Made by a program: the position numbers and the translations under genes. 24,467 nucleotides of DNA, taken from Anaerohalosphaeraceae bacterium (GTDB taxonomy: Bacteria; Planctomycetota; Phycisphaerae; Sedimentisphaerales; Anaerohalosphaeraceae). Below, piece by piece: positions 1 to 8,072 of the stretch. Position 1 is the first letter of the stretch, and every line of letters starts with the position of its first letter. The stretch lies in NCBI GenBank assembly GCA_050309605.1, contig JBNRMN010000087.1:1-24467 (forward strand), read 5' to 3'. The notes under the pieces are model-generated. The model worked only from the letters and a program-made list of their open reading frames with translations. It had not been told where the DNA came from and did not search any database.

Positions 1-161
1 TTAAATTCTGCGGCGGTGAGATAAGGATAATCTTTGCGATAAAAGAATATCCGTTATTCATATTCACACACAAAATTTAAGACGATACGATTTTTCATTC
101 TTTCATAAAATTTTTGACACTACCAAAGTCTCCGTAAAAGCCGCCGCCGGCTCATGATTAC

Positions 162-190
162 ACTGTACTGCCGGGATGCTTATTTGTCAA
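162..190 (-). promoter_or_regulatory. Sigma70-type promoter pointing out of the left window edge
   Basis: Minus-strand TTGACA (190-185), 17-nt spacer, TACAGT (167-162), AT-rich upstream tract. The downstream gene cannot be identified within the window. Confidence 0.6.
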
Positions 191-227
191 GTACAAAATA
201 ATTTTATTATTTCTTTTGTATGTTATT

Positions 228-237
228 TGTATTTACA
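228..237. promoter_or_regulatory. Putative transcription-factor site TGTATTTACA (TGTA-N2-TACA), copy 1
   Basis: Identical 10-mer at 17909-17918; both lie 37 nt upstream of a minus-strand TTGAC -35 box. Confidence 0.5.
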
Positions 238-346
238 TATAAAAAAGAGACAATTATCTTGCAGAGCCGCAATCTCAATTAACAATACCCGTGGCTATCG
301 TCTGCACGAAACATCTATAAATATAGATTAAACAGTGAGTTACATT

Positions 347-1999
347 TTAACCGACAACATCTGATGCAACTTTTCGACGGCACGAGATGTCCGGATTGAT
401 CGGATTAAGTCTCGATCTGGACGGGACATCCGCTGCCTCGATCATTCTGTTGGCCTCAAAGGAAGAATCATTGCAATGACGTATCTCGCTTCGCCGAGCC
501 GGGTAACGGTTGGGGGCAATATCCATGGCCGCGGCGGGGGAGGACGGTTTGACAGCGATGTGCACCGTGGTCGTACTGTTTGCATCCAAATCTATATCGA
601 CGTCAACAACATGAAACGCATCACCGTCAAAGGCCTGATAAACGGTCCCTTGAGAGACGGTATAAACAAACCCCTTGGGCATAACAAACCGCACTCGCGC
701 GGCCGGAATTGAAAAATCGAACTTATTGACCAGCGTCGCGGTATTCTCTGGTACGGTGCCGTTATTGTCATAGGCGTAATCCAGTGTGAGGTTATAGACC
801 CAGACGGATCGGTCTTCGTTGTTTTTTTCGTAATCATTTTCAAGTACCCGGTTGCTGGCGGTCGAGCGTCCATAGCCGTCGGTTTCAGCGTTGCTATTCA
901 TATATCCCAAAGGCGTATAGGTCCCCGCTGTCCGGTCCACCACAAATAAACAGAATTCGAAATGGTCTCGAACAGAACGTGCATAATAGGCCATAAGACG
1001 ATCGGCCATCGTATAGGGGTTCCTGTCTCCCAGATGATGGTTATGACCGAATAATCCCAAGTCAAAATTGTGGGTGCCGACAAACGTCTCCATCGCACCC
1101 CCTTGCTTTAAGTGGGCCAGAAGAATTCTGAAGCGGCCGCCTGCCGCCTGCTCCTTAAGCCAGGCGTCGGCACGCTCTCTCTGCCAACTCCAGTCATAAC
1201 CGACCCAGCCATTATTAAACAGAACGAAGCGACTGTCGCCATACATAAACGCGTGATATTGCAGTCCGTGATAGGTATTCCAGTAATTTGACTTCAGATC
1301 ATAACGGCCTTCTTGCGGCAATCCGTCGCTGCCGCCTTCCTGAAAATCATGGTTGCCGGCTACCACAAACGTGGCCGCATTGAAATCGTGCATCCCTTTC
1401 CAGCCCCGGGAATCATCCCCTTGGTAAAATAAATCCATGCGCTCCTGCAACCGGTGTGGATTTGAATGATAATAGACGACATCACCGGTATTGAACACAA
1501 AGTCAGGATGGATAATATTGGCCGTTTTCACCAGAGCAGTGTGCTTGTTGGGAACTAACACGTCGGTTCCCCGCTGCCCTAAATGGCTGTCGGATATGTG
1601 GAAGATTTTATAGGTGGTTTTGTATTCTTTGATCACCTTCACCGCCCTTGCAGAGAGGGCCTGGCCGTGAGAGGTGTGGACGACCAGATCATAGCGGTCT
1701 GCCGGGACGCCCGGCGGCACAGTGACGGTCAGACGTGTATTGTAGGTGTTTTCGGAGACCGGATCGTACGTCCAGGAGCCTGTTTGAGCAATAATTGGCG
1801 AAATATGAACCGTGTTATAGGGACCCCGCAATACAGCAGCTTGGACAGTCTGGCCGGGTTCGGCATCAAACCACACCTCAAAACTCTCACCGGCCTTGAC
1901 AATCGAAGTGACGGCATTCCAGGGATACACAATCGTTCCGGCAGCAGCGGCAATACCGGCAAGAAAGATCATCATAATGGATGAGGTTAAATGCTTCAT
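347..1999 (-). CDS. Secreted calcineurin-like metallophosphoesterase with N- and C-terminal beta-rich domains
   Basis: Signal peptide MKHLTSSIMMIFLAGIAAAA; metallophosphoesterase motifs in order: HISDSH, TGDVV, GNHD, LAH, GHNH. The last ~55 aa look like run-on sequence. Confidence 0.85.
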   Translation of the reverse strand: MKHLTSSIMMIFLAGIAAAAGTIVYPWNAVTSIVKAGESFEVWFDAEPGQTVQAAVLRGPYNTVHISPIIAQTGSWTYDPVSENTYNTRLTVTVPPGVPADRYDLVVHTSHGQALSARAVKVIKEYKTTYKIFHISDSHLGQRGTDVLVPNKHTALVKTANIIHPDFVFNTGDVVYYHSNPHRLQERMDLFYQGDDSRGWKGMHDFNAATFVVAGNHDFQEGGSDGLPQEGRYDLKSNYWNTYHGLQYHAFMYGDSRFVLFNNGWVGYDWSWQRERADAWLKEQAAGGRFRILLAHLKQGGAMETFVGTHNFDLGLFGHNHHLGDRNPYTMADRLMAYYARSVRDHFEFCLFVVDRTAGTYTPLGYMNSNAETDGYGRSTASNRVLENDYEKNNEDRSVWVYNLTLDYAYDNNGTVPENTATLVNKFDFSIPAARVRFVMPKGFVYTVSQGTVYQAFDGDAFHVVDVDIDLDANSTTTVHIAVKPSSPAAAMDIAPNRYPARRSEIRHCNDSSFEANRMIEAADVPSRSRLNPINPDISCRRKVASDVVG

Positions 2000-2036
2000 T
2001 TTTTTTAGTCCGAAATAAAAGTGTTTGGGCCGTCGA

Positions 2037-3437
2037 TCAGAGAAGGGCGCTCAATTCTTGACAGATTATTTTGAAATCCTCCATTTCGGCAAGATTGCGG
2101 TATTCCTGAGGATCACTGGCATGATCGAACAGTTCGCGTGCCAGAATTCGGTCGTTTCGAATCCATTCATTGTAACGCCAGCGTTTTGTCCGGACCGACT
2201 TGCCGGCGATCTGCCCGCGCTGGACCTGGGTAAAGGCCGCTGTTTTTTTCCATGGTGTGTTCGGTTCGCTCAGAAGCGGGCGAATACTGATCCCATCGAG
2301 ATTCTTCGGAGGGGTCAACCCGCACAAATCGGCAAACGTAGGATACAGATCCACCATTTCCACAAATTGATCACATCGCCTGCTCACCCCGGTTTGGCCG
2401 TCCACGACGGCAATCATGGGAATACGGGCCGAATCCTCCATCAAAACGGCCTTGTTCCACCACTCATATTCTCCCAGATTGTAACCGTGGTCGCCAACCA
2501 AAATGACGGCGGTGTCTTTCCATAAGTTTTGCCGATCCATCGCGTCAATCACTTTGCCGACTTGCGCATCAACAAAGGTCGTACAGGCGTAATAAGAACG
2601 TAGAAACTCCCGCTGATCCTGCAATGAAAATTCTTTCATGTTCTCATGCCAACCACTGCCGATCATGTAGTCCTCCTTGGGGGAGCGATTGGCCGGGGAA
2701 AACGGCGGCATCAATTCGTTCAGGGGATACAAATCAAAGTAGTATTTGGGTGCATGGAACGGATCATGCGGCTTATGAAAGCCGACGGCCATAAAGAAAG
2801 GTGTCGTGTGCGGTTCTTGAAGAAATTCTACAGCGGCCGCGGCGATTTGGCCGTCCGGCTGGTCTTCATCGGTTCCCTCGGCGGCAAGCCAATTGCACCA
2901 ATCGATCTTTCCGCCGGTCATATTCCGGCCTTCGCCGCGTTTGCCGCGTGCGGTCTGCTCAAAATCCAGAGCGATATCCCAGGCCTGCGGATCATCGTGT
3001 TCCCCTCGTCCATGAAAGATTTTTCCCAGGCCGACGGTGTAATAGCCGTTGTCTTTGAATAATTTGGGCAGTGTCGGATGATTTACATGGATATTCCAGG
3101 TTGTGTAATTATCCAAAACTTTTGTCTTGTCCGGGCGCAGTCCTGTTAAAAACGAAGAACGGCTGGGATTGCAGACGGGAAACTGACAATAGGCACGATC
3201 GAAGATGACCCCTTTTTGAGCCAGCCTGTCTAAATGGGGTGTTTGCACAAGCGGATTGCCATAACAGCCCATAATATTTTTGAGGTCTTCGATGATAATA
3301 AACAGGGCATTTTTGGGCTTATTTGCCGCAGTCACCTTGGCCGAGCCGTGTAAAACAGCGGGCATAACAGACGCCGCACCAATCGCGCCAAATGAGCACT
3401 TGATAAAATTTCGTCGATTAGGCTGCTTTGAGTCCAT
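2037..3437 (-). CDS. Tat-exported formylglycine-dependent sulfatase (S1 family, iduronate-2-sulfatase-like)
   Basis: Twin-arginine signal NRRNFIK; N-x-L-F-I-I-I-E-D-L; CxPxR motif CNPSRSSFLTG (CNPSR at 3173-3159); GKIFH; GFHKPHDPF; GDHGYNLGE; ELFDHASDPQE. RBS AAAGGA upstream. Confidence 0.92.
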   Translation of the reverse strand: MDSKQPNRRNFIKCSFGAIGAASVMPAVLHGSAKVTAANKPKNALFIIIEDLKNIMGCYGNPLVQTPHLDRLAQKGVIFDRAYCQFPVCNPSRSSFLTGLRPDKTKVLDNYTTWNIHVNHPTLPKLFKDNGYYTVGLGKIFHGRGEHDDPQAWDIALDFEQTARGKRGEGRNMTGGKIDWCNWLAAEGTDEDQPDGQIAAAAVEFLQEPHTTPFFMAVGFHKPHDPFHAPKYYFDLYPLNELMPPFSPANRSPKEDYMIGSGWHENMKEFSLQDQREFLRSYYACTTFVDAQVGKVIDAMDRQNLWKDTAVILVGDHGYNLGEYEWWNKAVLMEDSARIPMIAVVDGQTGVSRRCDQFVEMVDLYPTFADLCGLTPPKNLDGISIRPLLSEPNTPWKKTAAFTQVQRGQIAGKSVRTKRWRYNEWIRNDRILARELFDHASDPQEYRNLAEMEDFKIICQELSALL

Positions 3438-3477
3438 CGCACAGTCCTTTCCGTTTGCTCTCGTTTTTTCCTGCTTC

Positions 3478-3541
3478 TATAAAGACAAAATCATTCCGAT
3501 TCACTGCACCCTCACCGGCTGCCGTCGCCGTCGGGATCGAA
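3478..3541 (-). pseudogene. Relic coding sequence beyond the CotH-gene stop (Ig-like FDPDGD motif plus dockerin-like remnant)
   Basis: In frame after TGA: F-D-P-D-G-D-G-S-R-stop. A shifted frame (3522-3478) reads AAGEGAVNRNDFVFI. Confidence 0.5.
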
Positions 3542-6500
3542 TCAATGCTCCGACAGATCAAGGGAAATCGAGGCATCGACGATCGCTTGAGTGAAGGGGA
3601 TTGGCTCGGTCAACGGCGACGGCGGGTTTGTTCCCGGCAGGGCAAGCCCTTCCAGTGTGATGTTGTCAAAGCGGTTATTGCCCGATGTGCCTGCCGCGTT
3701 CAGGCCGCTAAAGAGAATGCGTACCGCAAACTCCGGATTGTTCTCGGCGGCAGGGATACCGGAAAAATCAAATCGGAAGAATTGATAGGATTCCGGCACC
3801 GTGACAGTATCAAGGGTGTACCAGTCGCCGACGCTGTCGGTGCGGTACTGAATTGTTTGATTGTGGGCGCCGTTGGTCGTACGCCGCACGGCATAGCTGA
3901 GCTGGACGGCCTCATAGCCGGTCGTTGTCAGCGTCAACAACAGCTCGCGCGTGTCGGAGGGGTTGCGGACACGCAGACACTGACCGGCTTCCTGCCCCAA
4001 ACAGGCGTTGATGTCCGAGCCGGTTGTGCTGTCCAGGTAGCCGTCCCCCGTACCGGGATAGGCTGCCAAGGCGCCGTTCAGTAATGTATGGTCTGGTGCA
4101 ACGGAAGTGACGGTATTGCCGGTAAGATGGTTAAAGTGCCAGTAATGCAGCAGCGACAGCGGAATAGTGAACCGGGCCTGGTTCTGCGCGCTCCAATTGT
4201 CGCCGTCTTTAATCCGTGCCCTGACATTAAGATTCCTGTCCAAAACAATCTGCGCGGGGCCGGCAATCCGAGCGGCCTCCAGGTTCAGATCGAAGACGAG
4301 ATCCGAACTGTGGTCTGTAACCTGGTGGACCGAAACGGCAAGGATATTTTCCCCTTCAACCAGAAACTCAGGACAAATCCCGCTGAATACCGTGGTAACC
4401 GGCGTCGAATGAACTGTCGCCGCAGCCAGTGTATCGTAGTGAATCTCGCCGTCCGGCAAAAAAATGCGCCCGATTTCCTGACCGTTGAGATAAACGACGG
4501 CTCCATCATCATGGACAACTGTCATCTCTAATGCCGTGATGGCGGAAACGTTGGAAACATTGAATTGATGCCGGAAATAAGCGGAACGACGGCCTGCGAC
4601 GCGCGGGCCGATATCGGTGACGATGCCGTCCTGGCCGAAACCGAGACGACCGGACCCGGAACCCCATGAACTGTCATCAAAACCATACCCCCGCCAGGCG
4701 GTTCCCTGATCCGAACCGTCGTAGAGGTAGTGCCAGACCGACGAGGACATCTCCACCATCCGCTCGGAGGTGGTGTCATTTGTGTCAGTGTAAATCTGCG
4801 CACCGGGATTAACCCCGCCGCCGGTCAAACGCGGATCCGTCCCGTCCAACGTATAATAAATAGTTCCCGATGCCCCGAAAGGTTTGCTGATATAGAGCAC
4901 ATCTCTCGGATTCACCTCGCCGCCGACGGGGTTGAAGATCGGAGGTCGGGCGGCAAAGCGACTGGCAATCTCACCGTCCAGCCAGCTCAGACGGTTCACA
5001 ATCCAGGTTTTCAATAAATCCACTTCTTGCTGCCAGGTATATCCGTATGGAAAAGGTTTTGTCGTTCTGGCCATCGCTTCGCTCATCAGTTCAACCTGTG
5101 CGTCGATATGGGCCAGGGTTTGATTGGTGTTGATGGTCGTCTTTCGGTGTTGATACCAGCGGTCGGCCAACAGCATTTTGTATTCCGGACATTCCTGCAA
5201 TTTCTGGTGCCATCGGCCCACCAGACCGCCGTTTGTTCTCCAAGTATCATACGGCTGATTATACGTGCCGCCGTTGTTGTGGAACCCGCGGTCAAAGTCC
5301 CATGGGGGGCCTGAAAACAGCTTTCCGCCGCGATCTTTATGCATACGGTAGCTGCCCCAGAAGGCATCCGAATCAAGGCCGGCCTGCTCGACAATAAAGT
5401 GATCGATCCAGGACGCCGGATCGAGATAATCGGTGTAGTGCCGTTCCGGCCCCGGATAATAGCTGCTGGATGTGTTTTGCCACAGAACCGCACTGGCTTG
5501 GTTCATATAACCGGTAATCCACTCGATCTGCGGGACAGTCACCCGGCCGGCGGGCGGGTATTGCAGGATGGGTTTGCCGGCGCCTGTAACCTGTATTCCA
5601 TAGGGCGAGGATTCCAAATAATCCGGATCGACGATCCCGCCCGGTCCATCCGCCAGAAGCGTATCGCCCTCATTGTATTTATCGTGCTTGATGATATATC
5701 CGCCCGACACGTGAGGTTCCAGGTTGTGCAATTCATCCAGACGCGCAATGGCCACCCGATTCTTATCGCGATCGATCTGCTCACGGAGCGCCATAATGCC
5801 GATGAAATTTCGTGATTTGATTTTACCGCCGCCGGTATTCAAATACACCTCTGCATACCGCTGGCGGGGCGCGTAATGCCCCATCTCTCTAAACCACTGA
5901 AAGGCCATCTCGTTCTTGAGCAAGGTGTAGTCAATAATGTCATAACTAAGAATCCAGTCCGACTCCTCAGGCATTCCCAGAGGCGAAACATCTTGATCCC
6001 GGCCGTATTCATCCCGGAATTCAAGGGCATAATGCCCTTGGCCGTAGGTGCTTTGGCCTCGGTACCGAATTTGCCCGATCCCTTTCTCTTTAAGGTGATC
6101 AAGGCCGACCATAGAAGCCCGGCCGCTCTGGTCATCTGTATCCATCATAATCACGCGGCAGTCAATAAAGGGCCGGTTGATTTTATCATAGGGTATTTCC
6201 TGACCCACCGTGTCAACGATAACAATCGGCAGATTTGAATTGAAGGCCGCCAGATCCGGCTCGACAAAAATATAGGTCTCAATACGGGCATCCGACGGAT
6301 GCAGTCCCGGTTTGAACGCTTTGGCAATCAATGTCGTCGAGTCGTCAATCGTAATCGGTCCGGTATAATCCCGTCCAACAAGCAAGCAGGGAGCCGTTCC
6401 GTCCGTTGTATAACGAATGGAGGCACCGGGGGTGTCGCACGTCACAGTCACCTCAAGAGGATTGACATAGCCCCCGCCCTTGATATTCACGTCCGGTCTG

Positions 6501-7930
6501 TGAACGAATCCTGTAAACGCCCCGGCGATATTGTCCGCGCCGGGTGTGGGCGGTGAAAAAAACCGCGTCCGGCCGTAATAATGCCCATACGATATATCAT
6601 CCTTCTGCGGCGGATAACCATAAACCCCGCCTCCTAACGCGATGGAGTCGTACACGTGAATCGGCGTTATCCCGTCGGCGGCAAACAGTCCCAGATATTC
6701 ACCGTCTTTGGACAAACTAAAGTTGGTGTGCAGATATCCGTCCGGGTCTATATACGGGTAATTGTCGGGGGTTTCGGCCTGCGTCTTGCCGGAGGCGAAG
6801 ACGAGCAGATAATCGCCCGGCTCCAGGGTCAATTCTCCGCTGTCTGCGGGAAACTGCCATTGGGTCGGATTGTCGGCGTCATCCGTCAGATACCAACCGC
6901 TGAGATCGACAGGGATCCGGGAATTATTGTACAGTTCAATCCAGTCTGAAGCCTCGAGGTGGCCGTCCAGGATTTGACCGGGACCAAGCGGCGACCTGCT
7001 TTGGTTGCCGGCCAGAAATTCATTGATCAAAACGAGAGGGGTTTGATCGCCCCAGTTCTGCGAAAGCAGTGTCATATCGTTTAACGTGACCGTCTGGTCC
7101 GTATCCAGGTCGGCACAGTCATACCGAGTGGACGCTGTCGCTGCTAGGTTCCACACCTCCTTCAAACGCAATGCGCGATCATAGAGTCGTACCTCATCCA
7201 TCAAGCCTTTAAAATAGTGACTTGGCGAAGGCAAAGGGGCTTGAAAAACCCCCAGTTTCGTCGTTGCCCATGCCTGCGTATCAACAGTCTGAGGAACAGT
7301 TGCCCCAATGGTCTCAAGTTGACCATCAACATACAGATTAATATGGTCGGTCGTGGAACCGTCAAACGTAACGGCAACATGATGCCAGCGATTGTCGGTC
7401 AAAACAGTCGTACCGATGACAAATCCGCCCCCTGTGTCAACACGCAGCACGCCCGTCTCGTCAATCCAAACGACCCACCGGCCCCCGACAACATCCCTGT
7501 TCCCCCACGATATAATTTCGCCGGGCGATTGCCCGGTTTTAATCCATGCCGTACAAGTCCGCGGATGGGATCCGGTGATACCTTGGTAGCTGCTCCACAA
7601 ATACCCGGAGACCCCGTCAAACTGTATCGCACCGCCAAAAACACCACCCGTCGGATTCCAACCGACCCCTCCGACAACAGTGCCGTGGTGTCCCCACCCT
7701 GAAGAATCAGTCGCTGCACTGCCGCGGCTTTCATCAAGCCTCCAATGTGCAACACATCCCGCTTCACTGCAAGAGGGATTTTCCAGCCACTGCGAAGCCA
7801 TAAGAATCAGGTCATTCAGATCGACCCGGCAGTCGCCGTTGAGATCACCCACAAGAAAACAGCTTTCCGAGGTACCTGAAAGCAACAGTAAGCCCAAGAT
7901 AAAACACACTGCCGGTGCGCGAAGTTTCAT
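3542..7930 (-). CDS. Secreted multidomain protein: dockerin-like half, LamG/ConA-like, dockerin-like half, lamin-tail domain, Fn3-associated domain, CotH kinase, second Fn3-associated domain with inserted beta-sandwich, C-terminal beta-sandwich
   Basis: Signal peptide; GDLNGDCRVDLNDL; LamG motifs VAHWRLDE, WHHVAVTFDG, FKGLMDEVRLYDRAL; LTD motifs INEFLAGN, DWIELYN, LSGWYLTDD; IRYTTDGTAP; CotH motifs RGQST, DWIL, GPPWDFDRGF; IYYTLDGTDPR. Confidence 0.88.
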   Translation of the reverse strand: MKLRAPAVCFILGLLLLSGTSESCFLVGDLNGDCRVDLNDLILMASQWLENPSCSEAGCVAHWRLDESRGSAATDSSGWGHHGTVVGGVGWNPTGGVFGGAIQFDGVSGYLWSSYQGITGSHPRTCTAWIKTGQSPGEIISWGNRDVVGGRWVVWIDETGVLRVDTGGGFVIGTTVLTDNRWHHVAVTFDGSTTDHINLYVDGQLETIGATVPQTVDTQAWATTKLGVFQAPLPSPSHYFKGLMDEVRLYDRALRLKEVWNLAATASTRYDCADLDTDQTVTLNDMTLLSQNWGDQTPLVLINEFLAGNQSRSPLGPGQILDGHLEASDWIELYNNSRIPVDLSGWYLTDDADNPTQWQFPADSGELTLEPGDYLLVFASGKTQAETPDNYPYIDPDGYLHTNFSLSKDGEYLGLFAADGITPIHVYDSIALGGGVYGYPPQKDDISYGHYYGRTRFFSPPTPGADNIAGAFTGFVHRPDVNIKGGGYVNPLEVTVTCDTPGASIRYTTDGTAPCLLVGRDYTGPITIDDSTTLIAKAFKPGLHPSDARIETYIFVEPDLAAFNSNLPIVIVDTVGQEIPYDKINRPFIDCRVIMMDTDDQSGRASMVGLDHLKEKGIGQIRYRGQSTYGQGHYALEFRDEYGRDQDVSPLGMPEESDWILSYDIIDYTLLKNEMAFQWFREMGHYAPRQRYAEVYLNTGGGKIKSRNFIGIMALREQIDRDKNRVAIARLDELHNLEPHVSGGYIIKHDKYNEGDTLLADGPGGIVDPDYLESSPYGIQVTGAGKPILQYPPAGRVTVPQIEWITGYMNQASAVLWQNTSSSYYPGPERHYTDYLDPASWIDHFIVEQAGLDSDAFWGSYRMHKDRGGKLFSGPPWDFDRGFHNNGGTYNQPYDTWRTNGGLVGRWHQKLQECPEYKMLLADRWYQHRKTTINTNQTLAHIDAQVELMSEAMARTTKPFPYGYTWQQEVDLLKTWIVNRLSWLDGEIASRFAARPPIFNPVGGEVNPRDVLYISKPFGASGTIYYTLDGTDPRLTGGGVNPGAQIYTDTNDTTSERMVEMSSSVWHYLYDGSDQGTAWRGYGFDDSSWGSGSGRLGFGQDGIVTDIGPRVAGRRSAYFRHQFNVSNVSAITALEMTVVHDDGAVVYLNGQEIGRIFLPDGEIHYDTLAAATVHSTPVTTVFSGICPEFLVEGENILAVSVHQVTDHSSDLVFDLNLEAARIAGPAQIVLDRNLNVRARIKDGDNWSAQNQARFTIPLSLLHYWHFNHLTGNTVTSVAPDHTLLNGALAAYPGTGDGYLDSTTGSDINACLGQEAGQCLRVRNPSDTRELLLTLTTTGYEAVQLSYAVRRTTNGAHNQTIQYRTDSVGDWYTLDTVTVPESYQFFRFDFSGIPAAENNPEFAVRILFSGLNAAGTSGNNRFDNITLEGLALPGTNPPSPLTEPIPFTQAIVDASISLDLSEH

Positions 7931-7987
7931 AAAGCAAATCCGCCTTTAATTCGAATCACTGAAAAAGCAACTCGGATTTTCAATCGT

Positions 7988-8024
7988 GTCCCGCTCCCAA
8001 GCGGCATGCCGAATGGGAACGGAC
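7988..8024 (-). other. Intergenic RNA stem-loop (mRNA stabiliser or bidirectional terminator)
   Basis: Minus strand GTCCGTTCCCA-TT-CGG-CATG-CCG-CT-TGGGAGCGGGAC forms an imperfect stem including a G.U pair; T7 run at 8028-8034 on the plus strand. Confidence 0.55.
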
Positions 8025-8072
8025 GCATTTTTTTATCCGATTGAGTTAAGAGTCGCATTCTCACCATTACCA

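Noticed and set aside
1..106. Minus-strand ATGs at 106, 98 and 61 downstream of the 162-190 promoter
   Set aside because: The first two close within 3 and 14 codons. The third runs off the edge after 20 codons with no SD or recognisable motif, so no CDS can be supported.
3542..3544. TGA as selenocysteine or programmed readthrough
   Set aside because: A second in-frame TGA follows 10 codons later and the position is not a Cys-type catalytic site; gene truncation explains it better.
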